This document shows, in pieces, positions 1-14,100 of a stretch of DNA of 64,000 nucleotides. The notes below the pieces were generated by a model that was not told where the DNA came from, made no database searches, and worked only from the letters and a program-made list of their open reading frames with translations. Both the position numbers and the translations under genes were made by a program. The first letter of the stretch is position 1; each line of letters starts with the position of its first letter. The DNA is from Antedon mediterranea. Lineage: Eukaryota > Animalia > Echinodermata. The stretch spans positions 24,255,237 to 24,319,236 of the forward strand of contig NC_092672.1 in NCBI RefSeq assembly GCF_964355755.1, given 5' to 3'.

Positions 1-217
1 CATATATATTCATTTATGACTGACAATTTTATACTTATAGTTTCATTCTACTGTAAAACAATACTACTCTCTTTGTCATTACATTCAGCCTCTTACATTA
101 ACAATAACATTCAAATTAATTCAGAATAAATACATTTGAATGATGAAGCCTAAAAAAAACCAGAATAACTAAAATACAAATAAATTGGTATATTTCCTGT
201 CTATACTATTGTACCTT

Positions 218-554
218 ATAACACAAGAATCTCTTGTTCGTCCGAAGCGCGTAACAATTTCGAAAGGCATTGTGGGATAGAATTGAGCTAATGGGTGGCG
301 CCATTGTGAGCCATAGAGTAGCGCGCCCTCATCAAAATAGAAAGTCAAAATCATAGAAGGGATCTGCTAATACTATAGTGGGGGATAGAGTAATTGACTG
401 AGCCCTCTATAGGAATTAATAGTTTTGACTTCCTAGTTTGGAGGGGGCGCTGCTCCATGCTGTGAAATGGCGTCACCCAGTTTGACCTTTTAACACTGTA
501 CTTTCGATACTGTGTTTTAAATGCAAATTGAAGTACAGGAGATTCTTGTGTTAT
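218..554. mobile_element. MITE-like element with 20-bp terminal inverted repeats
   Basis: ataacacaagaatctcttgt (218-237) matches the reverse complement of 535-554 at 19/20; non-coding interior. Confidence 0.55.
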
Positions 555-1267
555 CAGTTCTTTGCTATGATGTAGATGATGATACATAAAACTGTTATAA
601 AGCCTATGAAACATACAGTAGTAAGTCAACTAGAAATAAAACTTGGTTTACTAAAGCTTTGGTTGTCAACACAATGTAGGTGCTACACAAGTGAGTTGAC
701 CAATAACAAGCAACAGTTCGGATAATCCATCACATTGTGTTTGGTCAATTTGCTTGATTTAATTTACAAAAAAATTGGATAGACTACAGACAAATGGACA
801 GACTAAATGTTGGGACAAACAAACTTATTACATGCAATTATTACTCAGTAATCACCTCTGTAGTCACATGGGTACTCTTTTAAATAGTTATTGATTACAG
901 TGCCTTAAAATATTCTTTAAATAATAATTGTGTAAATGAATTTGACCAGGACCTTTACCATGCCAATCCATATCAATACTTTGAGTTACAATTGTAGATA
1001 ATATATTGATATTCATTTGTAGCTATACACTAGGCTTCATTATCTTAAGATTATTAGAGTATGCGTAACAGCAGTTGATCATACGCACTGTTTATATTTT
1101 GTGTGGTGAAACGAGTACAGGGGTAGGCCTATAGCTACAGCAGTATGATCATAATCACTGTTTATATTGTATGTGGTGTAGTAGGTACAGGGGTAGTCCT
1201 ATGCTACAGCAGTATGATCATAATCACTATAGGGCTGGAAGTCATTCAATATAGGGTTGTAATTGTA

Positions 1268-1560
1268 TTAAACTACTGTGGAGTAGGGAATATGGCAAAA
1301 CATCTGACCAATTACTGAACTCCCTGACGCAAAACTACTCCACAGTAGTTTAATTACGCTGCGTACTTGGGCTCGAATCTAACCACTAGCCATCCGAGCA
1401 AGTGGTCAGACGTATAAACGGCAGGCTAGTGATCTGGAGGTCATGGGTTCGACTCCCACCCAAGAACTACTTGCAATTTTTTTCGCAAGTATTCTCAAAT
1501 GTACTTAGTATGAAGTACAAATGACGTCAGAGTAGGGCAAAACATCTGAACAATCATTCA
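1268..1560 (+). repeat. Interspersed repeat with a 19-bp inverted repeat and a tRNA-derived (SINE-like) segment
   Basis: ttaaactactgtggagtag (1268-1286) is perfectly inverted at 1335-1353; Pol III B-box-like ggttcgactcc at 1446-1456. Confidence 0.45.
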
Positions 1561-2012
1561 AATATACCAAATTCTATATTGTGTGGTGTCTGGTACAGGG
1601 GTATGGCTACATCTGTATGGTCATACTCGCTTAGTGCTTAGTGTGTGACCTGAAGGTGACAAAGTCACATTCCTCAAATATGTATCATGTTCAAAGATAC
1701 TTTAAAACCATATAACTATAACATCTTTATTATTTTGTCTGTTTTTGTTATTGCATGCATCCATACATATGGGGAATAAAAAGTGACCGCAATTTGGGCG
1801 AGGCGCCTGGGGGTAATGAGGTATCAAACTGACTGATTTTACTGTGAAGTTTTAAACTATAATTGTAACAGGTATTCTGTACTTACTAGTATAAGATATG
1901 TTTTTATTCAATTGTGATATTTTATGTAAAGGTTGTCATTTTGTTTTTTGTTTTATTATGAACAAAAATGTGCATTTCTCTAACATATATTTATTTTTTA
2001 AATGTTAAATAG

Positions 2013-2111
2013 GATGGCGATACAGCATTGCATGTGGGTGCATTTAGTGGTCATGTCGATGTCTGCCAAATGTTGGTTGACATGGCAGCAGCAGTGGACC
2101 AACAAAATAAT
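2013..2111 (+). CDS. Ankyrin-repeat exon (99 nt, phase 0-0)
   Basis: ag|GAT...AAT|gtaagt; translates DGDTALHVGAFSGHVDVCQMLVDMAAAVDQQNN, one exact 33-aa ankyrin repeat. Confidence 0.88.
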
Positions 2112-5100
2112 GTAAGTCATAAATTAATTTTTGTATTCAGAACCATTTATGTTCAGAATCCTAAATTGTATTCTTAATTTTGTTTAAAATGCTTGTTCCT
2201 CAAACAGAATAGCACAAAATGCAACCTAAGAATATAATTATTTTAATATGGTAGATGCTGCTTGTTAATACCTTCATATTTTTTCTTATTTGAAATTTTT
2301 ATTAAATTGTCTAATTATTCAAAATCTTGAATTTAACAAATTTATACCATTAAGATAGTGCACACAAGTCAACATTAACAAAAAAAAATAAATAAGTTTA
2401 AAATGCTATTTTTTGGGCTATTAAAAAGCTGCAGTTAATCTAGCAATCATTTGGTGGATTACTGTAATTTAGTTATTAATTCTCTATTAAATAAATGTCA
2501 TGAAAACTATAGCGCTTAGATTGCTTAGTGCTTGAAGTTGCTTGTTGGTATGACAACTACAACTAATGCAGATCCTGCATTGTATCTGTCTACCTATCAT
2601 ATATTATATAAATCCAAAGGAAAATTACTGAAAAAAATGACAATGCTGTGTGTATCAGTGGCTGGATCTCAATGGAGATACAAAAATAAAAATCGAAAAG
2701 CTAAATCAAAACGATAAAGTAAACAGCCAGAAAAGTTAGCAGAGCTTTCGGGCAACACTAGCCCTTCATCATATATTATATATATATATATATCAGAATT
2801 TTATATAAATCATACTGTAAATTATAGAAACAGTGCTCATATTCGGAGCATGATCTCATAATCGCGTCGAGCATAGCTCATTCGCGAAAGTTCCATACTT
2901 TTTAGTTGTATGAAATAATGTCTCTGGCGGGATTCGAACATGCAACCTCTCGCTTACAGGGCGAGTATCATACCACTAGACCACAGAGCCATATATGGTA
3001 TTTTCACAGATTTACACCCACCAGATACATTCTCTCATACAACAAATGATATGGACATGTTCATTATTTAAAGATGTATTGTCCCCCTGAAAAAAAATTT
3101 TTACATTTTTTTTGTTGATTATGCCATTTTAATTTCATAATAGTTATCCAAAACTTGGATTGGAAAAAAAATTATTTACCTGAAAAAACTGTAATTTAAA
3201 GCAAACAAGTCAATTTGGCTGCCATACCAAAGGATTTTTGGTTTGGTGTCATTTTAGTGAAAACATTTTTTGTCTACGCAATTGATTAACTTGATTAAAA
3301 CTACAAATAACCTATCAAAGACTGATGTAATTAATCTTCATTTTTCATGTTTTTGGGGGACTATACATCTTTTAAAAAACATAACCTAATGTCCAGCCGT
3401 TCATCCGGTAAACTAAAATAAAAACAAACAGAGAAACAATTGACACGGCGCCATGAAGCACGTCTCTAACATATACTACGGCTTATCATACATAATTCGC
3501 CGTTAACATGGGCATACTATCATCATTATGTCTATCAAACCTAAATAATTCATAAGTAAATAATAATATATAAGATTGTCTCCACACGGAGCATTAAAGG
3601 TGTACAACAACGTTAATGCAACGTATCACCTATTGTGCAGCTCTCATACCATGAACAGTGACTACAACAAACCGTGACTAGCCTAATTTACATATCAAGG
3701 TATCAAGGTGCGATGTACATATATAACATGGCTCCCTGCAAAGATAAATTATGAAACTGACAGTATCATCACTTTTCCTTTGCATACACAACAATAGTGG
3801 CTCCTTGACGGGGAATTGATTACAATAATACTAAACTTTTGATTAACTTCTGTCATAAATATTGTAAATATTTTCGTAAAAGAAAACTTACTTCTTTCAC
3901 TAATCATTTCTACTTTTAGTTTGATTTATTTTTAAAGTGTTTTCATTTTTTTTTCTTTTCAGATATTAATTAATTACTTATGTCTGTTGGCATTAGCAGA
4001 ACTAATTTATGTATGGTATCTCCAATGTAGAAAGTGATTGACTTCTTTTTCCACGATTATCTAGGTTCCTGGATGCCATCGTTAGTTTCACTTTTCGTAC
4101 AAGACCATCCTCACTTGTATATACATCTGAGACTTTTCCAACACTCCAAGAGTTGCAAGGTAGACTTTCATCTTTGACGATCTCAACGTCACCGACTTTC
4201 ATGTTTCTTTTCTTATAACACCATTTCCTTTTAGGGTGAAGTGTTTGCAGATATTTTTTCTTCCACCGACGCCAGAATTCGTTAGCCAGTATTTTTGAAA
4301 AAATTAATAAAATATGCACTTAATGTTAATGTTCCTTTTACTCAAACCTTGTATTATTTTAGATAAATACAGAATTTCATTTACAGTATTGTGGTACAAA
4401 ACTATGGAACCAAGTCCTTCTGTTTCTGAATTATTTCTTGTAGATGTATTGTTAAAACTTTGATTAGTTTTATAAACTACATATTTTCACTTTCTGTCAA
4501 TTATATAAGAAGGTATTTATTCTGTTACTGACATTCAATGATTCAGGTTTCTCCTTCATCTAATGTTCAAGCAGTATTGTTATAATTTTTTTTTATTGAG
4601 AATTGTCCTATAATTTCACACATAAATTAATTATTCCCTCAGATTTGGAATCAAAATAAAATGTACATTGACTTAGGAATGTATTTAATAATTGCCCAGA
4701 TTCAATGCGCAACTATTAATTTAGATTGTATACTGGCTTTTTCTTTCATCCAAATGTACATTATGAAAAACATAAGCACTTATTTTGAGGACTTAACAAT
4801 ATTATCAAGTTAATTAAAGTTTAATACAATTTTTTCCGTATTGGTCAAATGAATACAAACAGAAAATATATTTAGGTTACATAATTTGTTTAAAAAATAG
4901 CATGAAAACATATAAAATAAAATACATGAATAAAGGTAATAACCTACAGGAACTTAAAATAAATAAATAAAATCAACAGAAATATAGACAATAGTGTATT
5001 ATTTCATCAGAAAAGTAGTTGGACAGATAATGATTTTTCAAATATTATTTAAAAGTTTTTATAAGTAGAAACAATGGTTTAATCAAGACTATTCCACTTA

Positions 5101-8100
5101 TATTTGGGTTAAAACATCATTTTCTGTTTAAAATAATTGGCAAACTCTGCAATCCTCCAAATAACCTAGCAAACCTCATTTAACCAACATAAAAGTGATT
5201 GAGTCAGTAGTGAACAACTCACTTGGTTTGTCAATTAAAAAATCATTTTTTGTTATTAAAATAAAATAAAGTTGTATCATCTGCAAAAAAAAGGTTTTCT
5301 GGACGATTTACTAATTATTAATTTGAAATAATGATTTCGATCTGTAATATAGCTTTTAAACCAATCTAAGAAAGGCCCCAAAATACCATAATGAAACAAC
5401 TTGAAAATATCATGTTTTTGATAAATATAGAAAAGTACTTCATAAAATTAATTGTTTTCAAATGCAGTAATAACAGAATTAGTGAGTTCAAGAAAAGCAT
5501 GACAAGTGGTATTGTACGCATACATTTTTCTTTATTTTTTGAAAAAATGGGTAAAATTAAGATTGGTATAAAAGTATCCGTTTTTAAATACAGGATTTAA
5601 ATTTAATATGATAAGGTACAGAACCCATCATGCATGATTAATAATGACATATGTGAGATGTCTTTAAATAATGGAGCAACCTTTTTAGAACCATACTCTG
5701 AACCTTTACTAGAATCCAAATTATTAAAGGGGGATTCTGGGTTTAAAATTGCTTTTAAATATCGTTTATTTATTAAATAAAAAATATTATAACAATATAG
5801 ACATGTCAGAATGAAGAAGTAATAACCAGAAATAAAAAAAAATTTAATTTCATATACATTTTAGAGTAAATTCAAGGAAAGTCTGTTTTTCAGCAGCTTA
5901 GGGAAGCTCATTAATATTCATGAGATATTCATAAAATCACGACATCAGTGTATTCCAAACTCGCGACATCATGAACGTTGTGTTTGTCAACTAATTTACA
6001 TTTCTCTTCCCTGTCAAACGACGACCACCTGATCTTTGTGAAATACATTTTTTGTAGATTTTCTAAGCTAGGCCTAAAGTGTAATAATAGCAGTAGTAGC
6101 ATATATTTATTTGACATTTAATGAAATACAAAATTTAGTATAGATCATGGAGTCACATATTATACTATACCTTTATAGTATAGTAGAGATCGTATTATCG
6201 GCTTCACGTACTAGTAGGCCAAGCCTAAATCATTTTTTTATGGGTGAGAGCCATTCTGACTAGGAGGGATTCCATGCAACGATGGCTACGGTAAAACATT
6301 GGGGCCTAGCTAGCCTACTAGACGATTGGCCCATAAATATCAAAACTCAGTGGATTCCAAACCCATCCTATCAACCAAACTCCTAAACAATCTAAACCTA
6401 AAACGTTCTACAAAATCGGCTGTAAAATTTGAGGAAAAACAAGGTCCGATCCCCGTCCGCATCTATGGTGTCCTGATCGTCTATAGTCTAAATAGGTAAA
6501 TAGGCCTAGATAGTTTACTCTCCAAAAAAGGAGTAAGCGCAGGATTGGTTGTTTTTCTTTTTTCATAGCCAAACTATTAATACGTCTGTACTAAGAGAGT
6601 ATTTAACTGTGTCACTGACAGTTGAATTGTTTTTCGCCATGATACAACTAAACTGGAATGGAAACAACAAATCTAATAAATGCAAATTGTAGTGGAACGT
6701 TAAGAATGATAACACTGTAATGTGTAGTAATAGTCATAAAAAATACTATACAACAAAGCATGAGATGCGATAACTAATAGCAAAAACAATAGCACGGTCT
6801 AATAAAAAAAAATCACTCTAGATGTCAACAAGCAAAATGACTAACCATGTAAATAATCTGGGTATTGACAAACTGCAAGCCATGGATTCATTGGAGTCAG
6901 TGGAGTCAACGGCCCACGTGACCATGTTAATTGCAATTCAAGCGAGTCAGTACGAAGTGTAACTGCACTATTGTACCAAAAGTGCGAGGCACCATAAAAC
7001 ATATTAAATAATTTAATTTAATCTAGTATGTTCATATGAAACATTAGAGAGGAGTAATTATAAAACTAGACATGAAACTCGTCACTTTGACGAGTTAGTT
7101 ATCCGCACGACAAACACCACGTGCACGTCATACGTTGGGATATTGCACACAGAAAAAGATTATGGCATTATGACCTGAACTGAAGAATATGATATGTTGT
7201 TATTGCTGAATTCTGTTATTTTGTGTCATATAGTATACACAGTATAATCTGTATACATGTCACAAACAGTGTAAAATAGGTGAAATTACGGGACCCGTAT
7301 TTTATTTTAATTTTTAACATGTTGACGGTTTCAAAAGGAAACGCGAAGGTAGTAATTTCGGAAGAAAATTATCTCAGCAACAACATATTAATGTTTAGAA
7401 GAAATTTAAATACGTGAAATATTAATGCGCGCTCTTTTAAATATAATGAACTATGACGCAAAAGATGAAAATATGACTTTGTTTATTTAACTGGCCATAT
7501 GATGACGTCACAACATCTGATTGGCGAAAAGTTCACATGATTTCGTATCTACAATCCCATAGCTTCCTGAAAACGTTTTAATCGTGATTATCACATTTTA
7601 TTCTTACGAGCTATAACAGATTAAAATTTACTGTAAAGATGAAATTATTGACGCTGTTAATTAAGATTTTTAGGCATGATGACGTCATAAAAAATAAAAT
7701 ATTTTTAACTCATGCGTAAGATAGTTGATTGAGCTAGATAATATTAAAATTTCGGAGAAAAAGGAATACAGATAGGCGTGATGCGCTTCATTGAATATGA
7801 TGAGCAATAACGAAAGAGACAAAAATCCTAGATTTTACATTCGTGTGGCCATACAATGACGTCACAATGTCCGGTTATCCATATTGATTCATGATCCTCA
7901 TCCTCATCAACTTCCAGAATATGTAATTAAAAAAAAGTTCACCACGTTGTTTAGAATCTATGACTGTTTAAAAAAAGGCATAATTTTGACAAATTTTTTA
8001 ACTTTTTCATCAAAAACGCACGTAAAGTATCCAATTCAACGTGCCCGTATGACGTAATTGTAAGTCGAAATTGTTTTAAAATTGGTAAAATTACTTTAAA

Positions 8101-11100
8101 AGGCTGGAAAAACATAATTCAATAAAAAAAAAACTTTTAGCGCTACGTGCGCACCACGCGCATAAAATTGTTCGCGCACGTGGGAAATTTTGACATGCTC
8201 AAAATATCATGATCAGCGTAGAAAGTTGATTAAAAATTAATTTTGCGCTTTTTGAATTTTAAATGCGTGTGCGGGGCGTAACTTTGTGTAAAACACGCAA
8301 TTTTTTTTCCACAGAAAGTTAGCGCATGATATAAATCAAACTTTTGCTAAGTTTCAATTTAAATTGTTATATGGTTTTAAATCTATGTTAAATACGCGAA
8401 ATTAATAAATTGCGCGTAAGTCACGTTGCGCATTTCTGACGTCATTCACAATAGGAGGTGCACAACTTCACGTGAATGCCCATATGTTAACAAAGTTATA
8501 AAATGTTATGTTTACACGTTTTTGAGATACGCGAGACACAAAAATAGAGGAGAAATGCGCGTGCACGCGTAACGTCTTCTAAAACATGCCATTTTTAATC
8601 CACAAAAAGTTTGCCCTTGATATGACTTAAATTTTCACGAAGTGTCAAAACAAATTTATGCTTGGTTTTTAGTCTATGATCAATCATAAAAAATCATAAA
8701 ATCGCACGTAAGTCACGTTGCGCAACTCTGACGTCATTCAAAATAGGAGGTGCACAACTTCACGTAAATGCCCATATCTTGACAAAGTTATGAAATGTTA
8801 TGTTTACAAGTTTTTGAGATACGTGAGACACAAAAATGAGGGAGAAAGAAATAAGAAACTAGATTTGAACTCGTCACTTTGACGAGTTCGGGTTATCCGC
8901 GCAACAAACGCAACATGCACATACTTAACCATATGAGCCTCGACAATTATTATGCCATCCTATGACATGAAATATATATGTTTACAGTGCTGAATTGTAC
9001 CTATTATGTAGCATATATCATATTACAGTATTTTACAGAATAAACTGTATATGTTATATACAGTGTAGCATAGACAAAATTACGAGACCCATCTTTTAAA
9101 TCCAATTATTAAAACGATGACGTCATCAAATTGACATATAAAGATAACAATTTTAGAAGATAATTATCTAAATAATTACATTAAAACAAATTTGAAGAAT
9201 TTTGGGCCCGTAAAAGTGAGATGCGCTCTATTTAATATGATGAGCAATAACGAAAGAGTAAAAACCCTATATTTTACATTCGTGTGGCCATACGATGACG
9301 TCATAACATCCGAGAGATAAAGATTCTGCATGAATTCATATCTACAACATATCTACTTACATATAAAATTTTAAAAATTGGGGGTCGTGGATGATCCTGA
9401 GGAGCTATAATAGATTCAAAATTGGAATTATTTGACAATATTTATAACTTTTTCAACTAAAACGAGCGCAAATGGTATAAATCAACTTGTTCGTATGACG
9501 TCATTTTAATTTGAAATGATGTCAATCTTTTTTAAAATGACTAGGAAAGGCTGGAAAATCATAATTCAAGAGAAAAAAACATGGTTTTTATGCTCCGTGC
9601 GCACCTTACGCGTAATTTTTTTCGTGCGCGCGGGAATTTTTGACATGCTCAAAATGTCATTATCAGCGTAGAAAGTTGATTAGAAATTAATTTTGCGCAT
9701 TTTGAAACTTTAAATGCGCGTGCGCGCGTAACTTCTTTTGAAACATGCCATTTTTAATCCATAAAAAGTTTGCCCTTAATATGACTTAAATTTTCACCAA
9801 GTATCAATACAAAATGACTTTTGGTTTTTAATCTATGATCAATCATTGAAATTCATAAAATCGCGCGTAACTTACGCTGCGTGAATCTAACATCATATAA
9901 CAAAGTTTTCTGCACATCTACAGCTACAGGTCAATCTTATGACAAAGTTATACAAAGTTTTGTCTACAAACATTTGAGATATAGCTGCAACAAAAATCCG
10001 GGAAAGAAAGAAGAACTAGACATGAAACTCGTCACTTTGACGAGTTAGTTATCTGCTCGACAAACGCCACGTGCACGTCATACGTTAGAATATTGCACAC
10101 AGAAAAATATTAAGGCATTATGACCTGAACTGAAAAATATGATATGTTGTTATTTCTGAATTCTGTTATTTTGTGTCATATACATAGTATACACAGTACA
10201 ATCTGTATACATATCACAAACAGTGTAAAATAGGTGAAATTACGGGACCCGTATTTTATTGTAATTTTTAACATCTTGACGGTTTCAAAATGAAATGCAA
10301 AAGTAGAAATTTCAGAATGAAATTATCTCAGCAACAACATATTAACGTGTAGAAGAAATTTGAATACGTGAAATATTGATGCGCGCTCTTTTAAATGTAA
10401 TGAAATATAACGCAAAAGATGAAAATACGACTTTTTGTATTTAACTGGCCATATGATGACGTCACAACATTCGATTGGCACAATTTTCACATGATTTTGC
10501 ATCTACAATACAATAGCTTCCTGAAAACGTTTTAATCGTGATTATCACATTTTATTCTTATGAGCTATAACAGATTAAAATTTACTGTAAAGATGAAATT
10601 AATGACCAACGTAATTTAAATTTTTAGGCATGATGACGTTGAAAAAATTAAAAAATTTTTAATTCATGCAAAAGATAGTTGATTGACCTAGAATATATTA
10701 AAATCGGGTGAAAATGGACAACGAATAAGTGGAGATGCGCTCTATTAAATGTGATGAGCTATGACGAAAGAGACAAAAATCCTATATTTTATATTCGCGT
10801 GGCCATACGATGACGTCACAATGTCCGGTTAGCCATATTAATGCATGATTTGATATCTACAACTCATCAACTTCCAGAATATGTAATTAAAAAAAAGTTC
10901 TCCATGTAGTTTAGAATCTATGACTGTTTAAAAATAGGCATAATTTTGACGAATTTTTGAACTTTTTCACCAGAAACGCGTGCAAATTATTTAATTCGAC
11001 GTGCTCGTATGACGTAATTTTAAGTCGAAATTGTTTAAAAGTTGGTAACATTACTAGAAAAGGCTGAAAAAACATAAGAAATATGTTTTTAACGCTACGT

Positions 11101-14100
11101 GTGCACCGCGTGCGTAACAATTTTTGCGCGCGTGGGAATTTTTGACATGCTCAAAATGACATGAAACGCATAGAAAGTTGATTAGAAGTTGTTTTTTCGC
11201 ATTCTAAAATTTGAAGCGCGCGTGCGCGCGTAACTTTTTTTTAAACATGCTATTTTTAATCCATAGAAAGTTTGCGCTTGATATGACTTAAATTTTCACA
11301 AAGTGTCAAGCCATTTGAAGTTGAAAAGTGAATAAAATAACGTAAAATTGTTAACCGAAGATTGAAAAACACAAATCGTGCAAAAGAAATGCTCATACGT
11401 GTTTCCTGCGCCGTGCGCGCGTAGAAATGTGCGCACCTCGTGGCAATTTTTCAAACGTTTAAAATGACCTGAATCGTGCTCTAATTGGTTATCCGCCAAG
11501 TGGATAACCTTTGTTATTGTAGTGTTACTTTTTTTTTTTATTATTCTTCTTTCTTTCTCAGATTTTGTGCACGCGTTTTCTCTTCAACGTGTAACGTAAC
11601 ATGTTGTAACTTGGTCAACATTTAGACATTTAACTGAAGATGTTCAGCCAAGCTTTTGGACGCTGTCAGATCCGCGTAGCGTAAGTCACGCGCGATTTTC
11701 TGAAAATCTTAAATCGGTCATAACTTCGAAACCGATAAATATTTTTTAACGACATTTTCAACCACGTTTTCTTCACATCAATGGCTAACTTTTGGAATGG
11801 TTAACAAATTTTTGGAGACTAGAAAGTTTTCGCGTAAATTGCGTTTGAAATATTTTACTCTTCTTATTTTGTGCACGCTGTTTCTCTTCAACGTGTAAAC
11901 ATAATATGTTGTAACTCGTTCAGCATTTAGACATTTTACTGAAGTTGTCCAGCCAAGCTTTTTGACGATGTCAGAGCCGCGTAGCGTAAGTTACGCGTGA
12001 TTTTCTGAAAATCTTAAATTGGTTATAACTTCGAAACAAATGAATATTTTTTAACGTCATTTTCAGCCACGTTTGCTTCACATCAATTGTTAACTTTTTT
12101 AACGCTACCGCAATTTGTAACATTAGAAAGTGCGCGCGTAAATGGCGTTTTTGTTTTATGGGCCTTTTCAAGATAGCGGCCAACATATTCAAATAGCTTA
12201 TATCTCTGTTCTGGAAGGATTCACTGCGAGCGGTTGTGTTCTGGAAGAGCTCCCTAGGCCCGAATTTCACCTGATTGACTATTCTTGTTACCCGGGAATT
12301 TCAAACGTTCCCGGCGACGACAGTGTGAAGGCAGGGCGCACCCCTAGCCTAGGCATAGTGCAATATATTTTTAACTTGTATAAAGCGTTGGACTTCCATT
12401 TTAACTTTTATACTATATGGAGTACATTTTTTAATCATATATTATAAGAACCGACCCACAGTTTTATAGTCGCTGATTGAATTTTAAGCAATTTTACGCA
12501 GTGTTCAAATATTTTTCCGTTGTTGTCGTCCATCTTGATTTGTCGAGGGCCGTATCAAGATTATTTTACCAGTTATTTTCCAATTTTTGATGTTTGTTGA
12601 CGATTTTTATGATAATAACTGTTTTTTAAATACTTTAACTGTGCTGTGATGTCCTGTAAAAGTCGATTGTGATCATTTGCCTGTCAATGCTTGGACTCAT
12701 CATCATTGTACACAGGATTCTTATTTCGCTTGGATTTCTTTGCATTCAAGATGGTGAGCATAACTATTATTTATATTTCTCATGTCCTTTTATCGCTCTT
12801 TTGGAGTCATAGTGTTGAGCAGCATGCCTACTTATCGCACAATTACTGTTCAAACAATCCGAGTATTATCAAGCGCAAATTTCAAGGCCCTCCTCAGGTC
12901 CTTTATTCTAACTCAACTGCAACACGACACTATTGTAGTTTATCATGTGATGGTGACATACACCCTAACCCAGGCCCTGTAAATCAGCATCAGGCACAGG
13001 AGCAGCAGCTGCGTTCATCGAGTTCATCTATCAGTACTGCGTCAACTTTGAATTGTCTTAACATGAATGCCCGCAGTCTTCGGAACAAGACCCTTCAATT
13101 ACAAGCGTTTCTCTCTATTCAAAACATTGATATTTTAGCAATAACTGAATCCTGGCTTACATCAGAAGATTTGACATCTTCACTGGGCATTCCTCAAGAT
13201 TATATGGTGATCAGAAAGGACAGACCCAACAAGAAAGGAGGCGGTGTATTAGCAGCAATAAAGAACGAACTGAATCCAATTCATTGTCATTTGCTGGACT
13301 CTGGTCCTCATGAAGTTATATGTTTTTCTATTTCGATTGACAATTATAAGATGCTTTTCGCTGTTTTTTACTGCCCACCGAACTCTCCAGTGTCCTTCTG
13401 GAATGACTTTAGTAACAATTTTCTTCTGCCTTTATTACCTCACTTACCAAAGTATGATGATATTTATATTGTTGGGGATTTTAATTTAAATTGGAATCTT
13501 AAACATACGATACCTACCATTTTTCTTGACACTATGAATGCTTTAAATTGTACTCAGCTTTTTGAGGAAATCACTAGGCCTAATCATTTGGTCCCATCAT
13601 CTGGTACAATAATTGATCTTGTTTTTTTCAAACAGGCCAGACCGTTTAATTTCACTTGATGTCATTGATAACCCAGTGATCAGTGATCACCATGCAGTTT
13701 CCTTTAACGTATTACTTTCCAAACCGTATTCTAAATTGTTGGTACGTAATTTTCTTGCTTACCACAAAACTGATATTGACCATCTAAAAAAAACTTGTCC
13801 ACCTTGCCCCATGGAATGTCTTCATGGATGAAAACTCAGTTGACAACTCATGGGATGGATTTCTGGATATTTTTACAGTTATTGTCCGTTACTCAGTTCC
13901 GTTGAAATCACGCAAGCAGCGGAAACATTCCCCATGGGTTACCAATGACATCAAGCAATTTTTCAATATAAAGCATAGACTGTTTAGAAAAGCCAAACGT
14001 ATTGGTTCTGTATCTGCATGGGATGACTATAAGTCTATTCGTAATAAGGTTAAGCGTCTATGCAATAAGTCGTATTATTCATATGTCAACAAATTATTTA

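Noticed and set aside
6160-6500. Possible MITE bounded by tatag motifs
   Set aside because: The terminal inverted match is too weak to support.
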